From contig JALDTO010000155.1 in assembly GCA_023515725.1 (NCBI GenBank), positions 221,147 through 285,146 of the forward strand: a stretch of 64,000 bases of DNA. The letters run 5' to 3'. Position 1 is the stretch's first letter, and each line of letters begins with the position of its first letter. This DNA is from Amoeboaphelidium protococcarum X5 (lineage: Eukaryota > Fungi > Aphelidiomycota). A program made the translations under genes and the position numbers. The notes beneath the pieces are model-generated. The model was not told where the DNA came from, made no database searches, and saw only the letters and a program-made list of their open reading frames with translations. Shown one piece after another: positions 37,386 to 51,390 of the stretch.

Positions 37386-38361
37386 ATGAGTATTAATAAT
37401 AACAATAATTAAAGACCTGTTTAAAATGAACTGCTCGCTGCCTATTATGGTGTTCCATTGGTGACGCGCAGTATTATGACCGCTGTGATTGCTTTATCCC
37501 TCAGTGAAGGTAATTTACCTTGTTAGTCGCGGCGATGTTAACTATTTATATCGCATTTATGTAGCTTTGGGTCTTGTGAGTGTTTATTCAATGTTCATGT
37601 ATGGACCACTTCTGTTGAAAGGTTAGTTGTGGCGAATCTTCACCAGCTGTCTGTATGTGAAGACTGGAATTAATCTGCTGTTCCAGTTGCTCTTCCTCTA
37701 TCAGTATGTCAAGTCTCTTGAGTAGACTTACTTTTCCGCTCCGAATGGAAAGTCCAAGGCTGATATGGTATACTTTGTGTTGCTCATGATCGTGATGCTT
37801 AACATGTTGGGCTATCTATTCACGTATCCTATAATGACTCAGGGATTTATACTCAGTTTCATCTATCTATGGAGTTAGTTGAACAAGGAGACTATTGTCT
37901 CGTTCTTTTTTGGACTACGCTTCAAGGTATTTCATATCTGTTGATTTATCTCGTCAAAGATATAATGTGATATTCATTTCATTGTAGGCAATGTATCTTC
38001 CAGTGGTGATTCTGTTGTATGACTTGCTAAGTGGAACGTTCAACATTAGTTCCGTGTTTGGAATGTTTTGTGCTCATGTGTATTACTTTCTAGAGGAAGT
38101 TTACCCGCGAATGCCACAGTCTCAGGGACGCAAGGTGTTATAGACGCCTCAGATATTGTAAAAATGTGTTATATTATTGTTATGTGCAATTACCAGAGTT
38201 TATGTGATGTAATTTTGTGTGTGTGTAGAAAAGCGTACGTTCCTGATGATTAAGCAGTTGGCGGCGCGTCTGCTGGTTCTTCAACCGGGAGATAATAGCA
38301 GGCCGCACAAGACGGCATGAGACATCGATGGGCGGGTCAAGGTAGACGTTTGAATGAGTGA
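37386..38361 (+). CDS. Derlin (ERAD rhomboid pseudoprotease), 3 introns
   Basis: VPLVTR, QLWRIFTS, YLWSQLN, FGMFCAHVYYFL, C-terminal SHP-like WAGQGRRL. Confidence 0.88.
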
Positions 38362-38620
38362 CGTACTCACTTATGTTGCTGATGAAATTCATATTGTATT
38401 AGTTCACTCATAATGCATCGCTGTATCAATTTTTGCCTGTATGTTTCAATGTTTATATCCGCACAAGATCATCATCTGTTTGATCACTGCGTATCTTGAC
38501 AACTTTGGTTCGATCACACACTGTATTCTACATGGAAACTTTCTTCTTTCTATCTCTCTACTCTCAATTTGTAAAGATTATTCCTGCGCAAATTAATATA
38601 GATTTAAAAATTTTATAATC

Positions 38621-41084
38621 ATGGATTTGGATGAGGGTGATGATTTATCTAATATTGACAGCATATTGAATCAAGACTTTGTTTCATCATCTCAACAAGG
38701 GTCCATGAAACTGAATAGTGGCTGTAACTTTCTGATATATTCTGTTCGAATAAATAAATCGCTATTTCATTAACATAATTGTAGAATTATAGAAGTAATT
38801 TTAAAGTCAATAATAGCTACCAAATGGGAGTTAAGTACCGAGGCAGTAGAAGGACCTGAACGTAACTGCAGCAGGTCTGACAACACAGTAACAAGCGTCT
38901 ACATCAACAACGCAACAATCTGGCGACGTGAAACCGAAAAAGTTACATAGAAAGTCGATCAGTAATGATATCACAAACCTACAGGCGGTCGATACGGCTC
39001 TTTAACAGTCGGCAGTTAGACCTGGAAGTGCACAACCAGCTGGAATCGCTGCCGCATAAAATTCCTCTAGCGTCTAAGCGAAATAATCAAAGGAAGCATC
39101 CACCGCACCCCAATCATCTTCGTAACAAAAACATCGGTATAGCGTTGCTACTACTGAGAGATCCGTTGCTGCCAAGATATATTTTGAACATTACTTTGAT
39201 CGATTGTTCACTGGCAAGTCGTCCAGTCCTTCCGCTGCATCATCGAGAACGCGGCGAAGACTTCAGATTGAGTAAGAACTGGGCAAGTTGAAGTTAAGCG
39301 AAGAGGAGTGCTCTAAAGTACGGGAAGAGTGGATACAGCGAGAGCATCTCCTTACTCGCATCAGCCGAGAGAAGATCACTCCACACCATTTTGAGCCACT
39401 GAAAATACTAGGCAAAGGAGCGTTTGGAAGCGTGTAATTGGTTAGGGAGAAGAGTAGTAATGTTGTTTATGCAATGAAGATCCTGTCAAAAGAGGTGATG
39501 ATTAGAGAAAATCAAGAGTCTCACGTCAGGGCAGAACGCGACCTTCTCAGTGAAGCTGCATCAAATGATAGTTGCCGCTGGTTGGTCAAGCTTATCTACT
39601 CTTTCCAAGACATTGATTATTTGTACTTTATTATGGAGTACCTGCAGGGTGGTGACTTTCTATCATTGTTAATCTAATTTGACACATTTCCTGAAGAGAT
39701 GGCTAAATTTTACGCTGCTCAGATGATACTTTGCTTAGAAGAAGCTCATAAACTTGGGTATGTTCATCGTGATGTTAAACCTGATAACTTCCTTATTGAT
39801 GCTCGCGGTCACTTGAAGCTGGGGGATTGTGGATTAGCCACAGATTTTCATTGGAGTCATGAGACGAAATATTATGAGATTGTGAGAAAGTTGGCGTATA
39901 AAGCTAGTAAGTTCTAGTCTGATGTTGAGTAGCATGTGAAGTAGAATTTGGAATCTGAGCGGCAGGAACTTGATGACTATATTGCAAGTACGCTGGAAAT
40001 CGCTGGAGGTAAATCTGGAGCTTCACTTGTGGTGGGTGCTGATGTCAATGTCACCAGTTTAGACGATTTATCAGATTCATCCTCGGTTAAGCGCGATGCT
40101 CTGATGACCAACGTGTTGATGAATCCACCGGATGAACATAAACTGCTGACGTGGCGTGCAAGAGCAAGACTTTAACATCCTCACGCACGCGATTACAGTA
40201 TTGTTGGTACGAACAACTATATAGCCCCAGAAGTTTTACAGGGCAATCCGTATGATTATAGTTGCGATTGGTGGAGTTTCGCAGTGATCGTGTTTGAGAT
40301 GTTGTACGGCTATCCTCCGTTTGCAAGTAAAAGCAAAGATGGAACGCGACTGAAAATACAAGATTGGAAGAAATGGCTCAAATTTCCATCTTATGTAACG
40401 AGAAAAGATTCTCACGGATATGCGTATGCTGGAGAGGTGTCTAGACAAGCGGTGGATTTGATCCGATAACTATTGTGTGATAAGAAGCAAAGGCTAGGTG
40501 GAGCGTAATCGGTTTCCAGTGCAGACTAGAAAGCTGAACAAGTGGATGCTGAAGGAAATCTGCCATTTACCGCTGTGCTTAATATAATGCTCACCGGTCA
40601 AGATGCGTCGTAGATTAAGAAACATCCGTGGTTCAATGGGATTGATTTCAATAGACTTCATGAATAGACTGCTCCTTGGATACCGCAAATTTCTGGAGAT
40701 ACTGATACCAGGTACTTTGACGCTTCTAATAATGATGGCACGGATTTTACAGGGCCCTACGCACCTAAAATTGTAAATAATGAATCTGCTGAGGAGAAAT
40801 ACGATCCCGATCGCCACAGTTCGACGGAAAATGTTGCTTAAGCTGCCGAGATTAAAGCAGAAGAATGTCGAAAGTCTCAAGGTTCCTCATCGTTATTGTC
40901 TAGTTCAGATCCTGATTTGAGTCAGTCTATGATAGACTTGCGAAAGCGACTCGCGTTTGTCGGATTTACTTATAAAGGCTCTGGCGGTGTTGTAAATCGC
41001 GTTGAATCTCTAAAGACTGGCAAGCTGTCCGTGGTTATAGCGTAATAAAGTGGAAGGTCGAGCCCGTCGCAAGATTCTCAATGA
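38621..41084 (+). CDS. NDR/LATS-family AGC kinase (Cbk1/Orb6-like)
   Basis: [37 protein letters not shown] in place of [15 protein letters not shown], hydrophobic motif FVGFTY. One early intron. Confidence 0.9.
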
Positions 41085-41239
41085 ATTGATGTTTAATGTC
41101 TATGAGAGTTCAAATCTTTGTTTAGATCTATCTTGTATTTCTTCACACATCATCACTATTCAACTCTTATTAACGTTGCCTCATTATCATCTTGAAACCT
41201 CTCGTGAAATTGATTGTCAACCTTATTAATAGTCAACAA

Positions 41240-43216
41240 TCAATTTCGTCCATTTGTAAACCAGTACACAACCATAAACATTTTACCCAGCTGAGAGTAC
41301 ATGAAGACGGGTGCCAACCAATAAGCCGCATACATAAGTCTACTCCACTTGCCATGGATAACACTGAGGCCAATCAAAGACAAGGATATGCCATTAGCGC
41401 GATACCTCACGTACAGAGTTGCACACACCAAATTGATAACCAAGGCAGCAATAGACAGTCCCGCTCTAATGTATGAGTCAATTAGAATCTCTAAAGGAAA
41501 GTCAAACACAACACCATACCAATCGTGATTAGGCCCAAAGAAGTAGACGGGTGCAAGAAAACAAAAGATGATACTGCCAAAGAGCTTAGCCAGTAGACCC
41601 AGAAAGTAAAACTCCATTCTACCCAAGTACGCAGCAGGTAATTTCAGATAATTCTCTGGCAGTTTGTTTCTATACTTGATCATTACAGCCTCTGCTTGTG
41701 GATCTCTTGCCTTTGGTTTTCCCAACTATCCGCTGGCATTGGTACGATCAAACTCATTACTCATTCCCAGCATTTGACGAATCTTGTGGTAAGTGTAATG
41801 GAAGATAAATACCATACCATCCATGTTGGTCTCTTTTGTGTGCATCAGCTCAAAGAATAATGTCATATTGAGGAATACAATCAGCAGCACAAAAGTCTCC
41901 CATCCTCTAATGGCAGGGAAACACATGGCAAAGTAGCTCTCCTACATCGCTGAAATTTCAAACTTTGCGAAGACACTCATCTCGTGACCAGCCATACGAT
42001 TCACACGCACCTGGTGTTTGTACGCATCAGAGCCCTTCTTGAAAGCAGGATCATTCTCCATTAGACCAGTATCATTAGCAGCCAGTTCTACCAAGTTACA
42101 TCTGAAGTAGATAAACAGACTGGTCGAGAACTTGAACACCGCCACCAGGATCAGCTGAAATACTGCAGTGGAAGTACTTAGGGTGAACAGGTAGTAGAAA
42201 ATTAACAGCATGAAATAGTAAATGTTCATGGTGGCCACGACGATACATGCGCGCACAAATTTTCTAAATATCGGGTCACTGAATGAATACTTCTTCACCT
42301 GAGATGTTAGACTGCGAGGCAACATCACCCAAACCATAGGTGGGAGTACTACTGAGTAGAAGGCACCACCACCCATGATTGAAGTCAATGGGAAAGGCCA
42401 CTGGCCACTCATAACAATCACAGTGTAAATGGCACCGGCAAAGACAGCGTACACCAATCCAGGTATCATATCTCTCTTAGCGAACCAGCTGTAAGGCACT
42501 CCCATGAAAGACTTCAACCAGAAGACGGCACTGAAACTGATGGAGATCGCCACGGGCACCTAGCTGGCAACAAAAGAAAATCCAGCAGCGTAGTAGTTTT
42601 AAGTCATCAGCTCTTACATTGGAATCAGAGAGAGACCGGCATACATCGAGGACACTATCATGATATACAAGATATGCTTCACCCCAATCGTTATCGCCCA
42701 AGACCAGAATTTGGCTTTCGGTCCACTCTGTAAGAATTAGCTGCCTTTAAAGTACTCAGAGCCGTGAATCTGACTACGCGCACCCACAGAGTTGGTGGAC
42801 TTTAATACTTCTTGATTAACTCGCGGCACAGCGAGCATACCATCATCAGCAATTGACGCTGCCGCTTTTGTATCCATCGGAGCATTCAACTACTGCGACT
42901 GTTCAGGTGTTGTACTCTTCTGAACTTCCACCATTGGAAGTGTGTGATCATCAATCACAGCATTATTACTACCTTTAGCATCATGAGCATTGTCGTCACC
43001 AAAGCTTCTAGTTTCAGCTTCATCAACCTCCGGAGTAAGCATATGATGTTGATCCTAAAGACTAGCGAGAGCAACAATAGTCGACGGCATTACACTTTCG
43101 TTCAAGTCCAAAGTTTCTTGTCGGGTTGGTCTATCAGTGGTTGCATCTCCAGAGGTACTAGCCGTTGGCGCCTCTTGTATGAACCTGTCAAGCGTGCTAG
43201 ATTACTCAATGTCCAT
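41240..43216 (-). CDS. Multi-pass membrane protein of unknown family (658 aa)
   Basis: Track ORFs at 41240, 41726 and 41942 share one frame and are joined by TAG codons. Disordered N-terminus, many TM segments. Confidence 0.75.
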
Positions 43217-43503
43217 ATCGATGCAAAATAAGTAGATAAGATTCTAATCTAGTATCGGGATTAATGGTGAATAGAATACCACGGCAGACAAGTGATGAGA
43301 AATTATTCGGATATTAATAGCTATAGCGCGAGTAACCATGGGTTGTATATAAATAGCCTTACATCATGATCTCCAATCAGCTGCGTTTAAAAGCAGAACT
43401 TGAACGATGTGCTTACATATTCCAATGAAGGTATAGAAACGTAATACAGGAATGCAAATTATAAATTTTATTCAGCTACTAAAAACGAATAGATCTTCAA
43501 AGT

Positions 43504-45414
43504 TCATCCTAGTGCAGCTAAGTAAAGAGCGTGAACCATCACCTGGCTAGAACTGAATCGCTCAAACTCGCACACTAAAGAGCATTGCAAACCCTTCAAA
43601 TCTCTAATCAAAACATCGTATTAGAACTCATCAGAATCCAACATTTCCTAATAAATACGTTCAGTTAATATCGGTTTTATGACCTGAGCCACTGATCTGG
43701 ACACCCAATTGCCAACAAATTCCTCATCAAACTCCCCGTTATAACTGTCATCAATACACGCAAAACTAGGAGATATACCGACAGACATAATCTCAGATTC
43801 ATCGCTATTATTGTTCTCGTTGCAATTATTATGGTGGGAAATCGTGATCCTTAGGTACGGATACACTACTTATTGAGGACGTTCAGAATATTTCTACAGG
43901 ATAATATTTTGACACCGGTAAATAGCATTGTGACTAACAAGATTAGGCATATCGAGCTGTATAATTTAATCTGCTGAATATTCTAAGCTCACTTCCGTAA
44001 TCAGACCACTTACCACAGCTAGTCGACGGCTATTCAGTGGACAGAAAGATATCCATTAAGACACCTCATGTAATTCCATCATAGGCATATCTGACTCAAG
44101 AGCTATACTCTCTATATCACGGTTTTAGTAGGGAAATCTGAACAGATCATTATGACTTCGGACTTTAAGCTCCAAATCAAAGTCCACCAGAGCACGATAC
44201 TATTCACGAACATGTTAAATATCTTCATAAATCAGGATTTAAGATTGGCTACTCGTTTTGACAAGCCGAAAGTCTCCAAACTAGTCAACCTGAGCAGAAG
44301 TAATCAATAGAATGTCACCAACTTTTAAATGACAAAGAGCTTACTATTAAGAACAGGCAAACAGTTTCATAAATAACCGTACTTTCTGAACATTATTAGA
44401 ACGGCTCTTCTACTCTATGCCAACCCATTTATAAGAAAGCCAGCCGCCATTCAAGTAGTTTTCACCCCTTTTTCTTTTATAGATCCCGCACCTGATGAAA
44501 GTATCGCTATAATAAAACACCTTTCCAACAAGATCAAATAAATCATTAGAGTTGGAGTATAAATCCAAACTCTGATGCAAATCAATGACATTCAACATCA
44601 GCGAGGGAAATCTATCTCTGTATTGGTGAGGATTCCAACCCACAAAGTGTCCAGGATTCAGCACTTTAAAAGACTTAACTTTAACCTCATTGCCATGCAT
44701 AGTGTAGCGGTCAACAGATATTACAGCTCCAACAGTGACCATGTCAAAATACTTTACTGCAAACTTGCCCCAAATCACGCATTATTACTTTTGATGACTA
44801 GAATCATACAGATCAATCATAAACTTGAATGGATAATCGTCATCAAATCTGTTGGTTTTAATATAATTAAATGCACTATTCTTGCTCATCACGCGGCCTA
44901 TCAGCGGTTGAGATCTCAATACGGCATCACTGAGCATTAAATCATCTTGCCGAATGGGTGGGTGTTCTGTTTACCAGTCAATCTCTTGTTGTAATAACTG
45001 CTCTTAAGTACTAGTAATCCATCTATCGTCGCTCATCGGATCGATTTAGCAATTGCGAATAAAATTATATTAAGGATTTCGCCGAGGTGTTTCCGCGTCA
45101 TTAATCAGTGGAATATCAACATCATCCAACGGTGCAGGATAGTTGGGATCAATATCGCAGTCTTGCAACATTGTTGGTTCGTCGCCGTCTTCAATCAGCT
45201 CAATATTCGCCAAGCAAACACCTCTCTGGAACATTCCAATTTCAGCCCAACTATGCAGGCCCGGATGCAATGGCAATAGCAAAGTCTACTACTCTTGAAC
45301 GTTCAATACTTCCACATCAAATCCACAAGGTCTATCAGGAACATTTCCTAAATTATTATACCGAAACTTGTATCTCTTACAACTCAGCACAACATATGCA
45401 ATCTCATGCACCAT
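43504..45414 (-). CDS. RADX-like multi-OB-fold ssDNA-binding protein (636 aa)
   Basis: QPLIGRVMSK..YPFKFMIDLYDSS...VIWGKFAVKYFDMVTVGAVI and FDLVGKV..YKWVGI..MKLFACSQ..LKVGDILLIT resemble RPA1/RADX OB folds. Confidence 0.55.
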
Positions 45415-45792
45415 TTAAAAAGCTTTAATCTTATACTTTGATGGTCAACAATACGACGAAAGATAATTATGAGGAATGACTCGCTAAAACTACTAAAATT
45501 ACAGTACACTATACTCCAACAATATGATAGATAATACGTGCTTATAGTGCAACAATGTAAAGACAAAGCAAAAGACTTGAAACAATTTCGTTTCACAATT
45601 GTCTCTCTTAAATTGACTAAATGAATGAGTGTGGAGATGGCCCCATAAAATGGCGTTTTATAGAAACAAGGAGACAGTAAAATAATATCCATAATTATAT
45701 CACCCAATTTCATCAATACATTCATTCCCTTATACATTCATACAAAAGTCACCACTAACAATACAATACTATGTACTTAGTCAATCAGTCTA

Positions 45793-47482
45793 TCAATAGT
45801 CGATACTTGGACCGATCAGGTTCAAATCCATGCAGTGAGCATCGTCCTTGATCGAGTCAACAGCCATAAGAGCGGCGCGAAACTCCAAAGCGTATTGCTT
45901 CAGCTTGGCATCTCTGAACTTGTAGTTTACATCTTCCAACTTGCTAGATGCACCAGTGTAGAAGAACACAATTTGAGTCTGAGCCAGTTTCCACATGTCG
46001 ATTGGCGCATGGGCCCACTTGAAATCGAATGCAGTCTCCGGGTTCTGAGGAGGATCCTCGCGAAGACGCCAGCAGTTCTGGTTCCACGGAATCTTGTAGA
46101 AAGTGTAGTGATCAGCACCGTGATACACAGAGACATTCCACATGATCTGGGCAATGATCTGCTTAAACAACTGCTTGTCCTGCAACTGCTTACCATCTGG
46201 GAAACCAGGAACAATAGCAGCAATCTAGTCACCCCATTTAACAGTTTCAGGAGTGTACAGTTGCTCCCAAGCATGGTCAACAACCTTGCCAACAAAATTC
46301 ATGTAAACATCATGATATCTGCTCAGAAACGTACCATACGGGAACACATTATCCTTCTCAACACCATTCTTGACATACTTAAAAGTCTCACGAGACTCTT
46401 GCAAATACTTTCTCAATTCCTCTGGTGGAGCATCGAATGGAGTCTAGCTCATCAGTGGATTGATGACAATCGACAAATAGACAGAGTTCAAGACAGTATC
46501 ATTCAGAGCCAATGTATACTTCAAATGCGGCCATAACAAAGTCTTCAATAAGTGACCATTAGGCAGATGGTGGGTGAAAGCATTAACAGAGTCATACGGA
46601 AAGTGAGCTTTCGGGTGTTCAACCAAGCTACCCATCTTGGCGGCTCCTTGCATCAGGAACAACTTGGCACCAGGCCAGGCATTATCACCAGGAACGTAAA
46701 CTTGCACATTCTTGTCCTAGTTCTTAACCCAAGTCAGCTGAATAGCAACAGGCTCTGGCACCTTGATTCCGGCAGTCTTACTGACACGGAAGACACCGAC
46801 ACTTCCACTGGTGCGAAAGTCTGACCAGATCTTTACGTTAGGCACAAAAGAAAAATCGGCTATGTAATACCAGTATCCATTAGGGGCAGACACTGGAATC
46901 TAGCGAGCACTAAGCCACTCAACCTTGTCAACTTACTTCAAGAACTTGGCATACACAGTGTTGCCAAATACATGAGATAGCTGCGGATCAGAAATTGGCT
47001 TGGCTTGGTAATCGAAGAAGGCCATGTAAGTAGCAACAGCCAAGCCTTTTACCATCTTGGGAACATACGCCGTAGCTAGACGCCAGTAGAACTACAGACG
47101 CTCACCGAATGGGACATTCAACACAGTCGGGAATTCATCGTCATGCAGAAAGGTTGGCACAGGAGGACTGAAGGTGAAATAGCGAGCACCCAGAGTACTC
47201 AACCAAGTCAGAAAGCGGGGAAGAGCTGAAGTTATAATATAAACTGGATTGTACTCTGGAGTAACTACACACAATAATAATGTAAAGAGTGTGAAATATG
47301 AAACAGCGCATATAATACTTACAGTAAAAGTCAGTGAATTTCTCAACTCTATTAACAACGCTCTTGACTTTACCACTTGCATAAGTCTCAGACTTTTTCA
47401 AGTCTTGTTTCAACTAAGCAATTCTATCAACAGCACCACCATTGGCAGTCTTGTTGTCTTTTGCTTACACAGCAGAAGGCAT
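45793..47482 (-). CDS. Lipoxygenase-family protein (543 aa), 1 intron
   Basis: WPGAK, EHPKAHF..N...LPNGHLLKTLLWPHLKYTLALN, SVYHGADH, C-terminal PSIDY. Intron 47265-47322. Confidence 0.75.
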
Positions 47483-48077
47483 TCTATACGATACTTGGTA
47501 CTTTCGAGATGTGGTAAGTTAAGTGATAGGTAAGATTATGAACAATAACCGACAATGATACAATCAGAGTGAAAGAGTATCAGTTGACTGACAGTCGAAT
47601 ATGCCGAGATACAATGCGGGAGGACAGTGTGGAACGGAGAAGGAACAGGCTCGCTCGTTGGCTCGGTCTTTCAACAACATTCATCAAACGGCCGCGATTT
47701 CTTGTTGTTTCCGAGCCTTGTCGTCAAACAACAGACGATCGTCACAAAACTCACGCGGGTCTTTTTCTGTTTCACACGCGCACAACACTGTTTTCTCGTC
47801 TCTCTCTAATGTCTCCATCTTAAGAGGCTAGAGGTGGATTCTTCAGTGACTTGACGCGTCGATTCGCTTTCTTCAAATGAAATATTTCATTTCCTTGTTC
47901 GAACAGACACTCGTTTGGTTTTGTTTCAATTATCAGCTGTTTTTGTTACATTTTGAGTAAATTGTCGAATTTGTAATCGCTTATTGACTTTAATTTGATT
48001 CACAGTTGCACTGTCAATAGATTTTAAATTTGTAAATAGTGTTCTAGACATTTTTAAACATAATTCCGACTGTGCAT

Positions 48078-51000
48078 ATGAACCATCATGACTTTATTGA
48101 TGATGAACTGACGCGAAATGTCTGGGCTGAGAACGATGATGAAGTAGAAGAGTGTTATAATTCGACAAAGCAGTCACCATACACCTCACATAACTAGTCT
48201 CCGGTGCCCATTAGTGATGAAGAATCTCTGGTTTAAGCTTAGCTGTAAGATATGACCATTTAGAGTGACTCCTGCAATGATACCTCTCCTGCGGTGATCA
48301 AGGTCCAATTAGAATCCACCTTGACTCCTGTGAAAGAGAATGTTCTTGCTGCTCCTGTGTCTCCGTTGGAATAATATTCTGTTGCTACTTTATCTCCAAC
48401 TACATAGTTTACTGCGCACCCAGAGCCTGATAAAGATGTCTAATAGGATGATGAGGCCGATGATGATGATGCGGAAGAGGAGGTTTATTTATCCGTGGAG
48501 ACTATTAATTCTCCCGATGCTGAAACTGAACTTCATTAGGCCAACATGACCAAGGAAGAGCAGTAGCAGCTCATTAACAATTTACTTGAAGAAGCAGTTT
48601 GGGTGGACGTACCGGATCTTAAAGATATCTTGGATGAACAGGAACGGATTGCATTCGCTGGTCTCGTGCTTATGATCATTCAGAAATTGGCTCATAGATT
48701 TGCTCGATTTCAATTTGTAGACTAGGTGGCATTGTAGAAGCATGTCTATTAACAACAGCAGTAAAGCAATGTAAATGTAAAGAAATCTAAAGATAGTCTT
48801 CTCTATGATTATTCTGATTAGGAGTCTAGCGATGATGACGATGTAAATGGTAGCTAATGGTCTAAAAGCGCCAGTTAGTAGTAAATAGTCTCAGTTGAAC
48901 CATTCGAATCTGAGTTTTACACTCATCTGCATGCTCAAGATAACATAACCCACTTGGTATATATTGGAGTTAATATCACGGCAAACACATCGCTGGCATA
49001 CGCTGTTAATGATTATCTGAGTTGGGGTAATGAGTTTTATGAGTCTTTGTGCAAAGACTTGGAGATTGATTTCTAGGAGTAGCACTTTATCGAAAGCAGT
49101 TTGCAGTTTATGACAATGTCCTAACTGAAGAGTAACATTCGATTAAATGACCAAGATTCTGTGCAAAAGATTGAATTTGATAAAGATGGATAGTTGACAG
49201 GGGACTCTAAGAATATGTAGAAAATGAAAAGAACATTTATACTGTGGAATATAATGATTCTTTTAATGCAATCTGATCGATAAAGAGCCAATACAAGTAA
49301 AGAGAATGATAATCTAGTGCACAAGGAAACTATTTTGTTAAACACTTTAGATTGCAGATCGCGTCAGTTTATGAAGCTGCTGGCTTTAGATTGTCTCGGT
49401 GTTGATAATTGTTTAGATGTCGTGGAATTTATCGAGAGTCCTTTAAAGTTTACGTATTTAGCAAGCGATGAAACGGAGGACTTTATGGCGTCTTCAGATT
49501 AGTTTGTTACTAGTCCTACTTCAACAACTGCTGATGCTTTCGCATCTAAAAAGGCTGATAATCCGACTGCTGATACAAAATCGCGAGAACGGACAGAGTC
49601 TGAGAGGAATCGACAAATCGCCGATAAAAAGCTGGCTGCCAAGAATAAGCGTAAAAGGGTCGGTATGATGACTGCTGCTGCTATTGGTGGTGGACTTATG
49701 CTTGGTGTATCAGCTGGACTTGCTGCTCCACTGCTCGTAGCTGGTCTTGGCACGGCTCTGACTGCGGTCCATGTTGCCGGAGCTTCGGCGTTCCTGTCCA
49801 GTGTTGGCGGCACAGCTCTCATCACGTCAGGTGCAACTCTCTTCGGAACATCATACGCAGGATACAAGATGGGAAAGAGGACGGCAGATGTTCAAGTTTT
49901 TAAATTCATTCCTCTGTAGCTTAATACCATGGCATCCACGGATACTAGTCAGGCACCGGCAGTTATAGTATCCATTGCCGGCTGGGTGTTTAACAAGAAG
50001 GGTAAATCAGCCAGGACATCATAGTAGACCAGTCCTATGCCTAGTGGAAGTTTGCAAAAGAAGTCTCTTCCCTCAAGTCAGCAATAGCAATAGCACTCTG
50101 AGCAATCCACTGATGAGACTCTTGCTTGTGGTTTGGAGGATTTAATTATCCCGTTTGTTGGTCTCTCTGCAATCAATGGAGCGCATTACTCACTCTGCTT
50201 TGATCCCCATATTCTGTCAACTCTTGGGGATGCTTTGAAAATGTTTGCCAGTGAATTGGTGTCTTTTTCCACTTAGTAAATTTTGTAATAGACTGTGCTG
50301 AGCACTTTAATGTCTGGACTTACTTGGCCTCTGTGGTTGATCAAGTTGAGCTACCTGGTTGATAATCCGTGGTCTATGGGTTTGGATCGTGCCCAGAAAT
50401 CCGGATATCTGTTAGCTGACTCTTTGTGTAATAACATTCAAAATTCTAAGCCTGTCACTCTTGTCGGATACTCTCTTGGTGCCAGAGTCATCTTCTATTG
50501 CCTATTAGAGCTAGCCAAGCGTGGAAAGTATGGCATCGTGTAAGATGTGTATCTATTTGGAACTCCAATACTTACAACACATGTCACTTTGTCAAATGGA
50601 TCTAATGCAAAGAACAATAATAGTGTAATGCCTCTTAACGTGGAGTAGTCAGATCCTTTTATCAAACCGGAGAATATTAATTCTTCATCTCCGAACGCTT
50701 ATCAATCTTTGGACGAGTGGCGATCTGCAATATCTGTGGTTGGCGGAAGACTGTTCAATTGCTTCAGCCGTGTTGATTGGGTGCTTGGGTTTCTGCTCAG
50801 AGCATCAGTTGCTGGACTTTATGATGTTGCCGGTCTGTCTCCAGTAATACTGGACGAAACAGAGACACCAGATGTTATAACATTGTTTGATGATATGACG
50901 GAAGACGAGGGGAGATAACGCGCCAACGTTGAAGCCGAAGTCCGCCTCAAGTCCACGTCGAGGCTTTTGGTGAATGTCGATATAACCGATGTGGTTACTG

Positions 51001-51206
51001 GGCATCTACAGTATCGTACAAAGATGCCTCAGTTGGCTAGGCGCGTATGTGGATTTGCCACTTGGTCAGAATCCACAGAAGTTTTATAGGAAATTGTGGC
51101 TGGCAGTTGGCTCGATGAGATTGATGGATGGTGGTCAGAGGAGAAGTAAAAACTGTCCAGAAAGCAATCTAAGAAGAGTGGCAAGAAGAGTCAGTCAAAA
51201 AGATGA
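48078..51206 (+). CDS. TMCO4/DUF726 (Mil1-like) alpha/beta-hydrolase-fold membrane protein
   Basis: IGGGLMLGVSAGLAAP, LTWPLWL..LVDNPW, PVTLVGYSLGARVIF, DWVLGFL.R, VTGHLQY. Confidence 0.9.
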
Positions 51207-51390
51207 GTTTGCGCTTTGTATATACAGTACATGATGAGTTGGAATCACAATGAAATTTTTACTCTATCTCTATTCATCGTTGTTTTCCGTTATTAAGTCA
51301 CTTGTCAACTTCCATTTTCGTTTTATCTGCGAGAGAGTGAAACAGAACGCGTCTCCCTTTGTTTCAACCGCATTGAAGCTGAGAATTGAC

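Noticed and set aside
41150-41242. Possible readthrough extension after the TGA of the membrane protein
   Set aside because: Open frames beyond a stop are expected by chance with a single stop codon.
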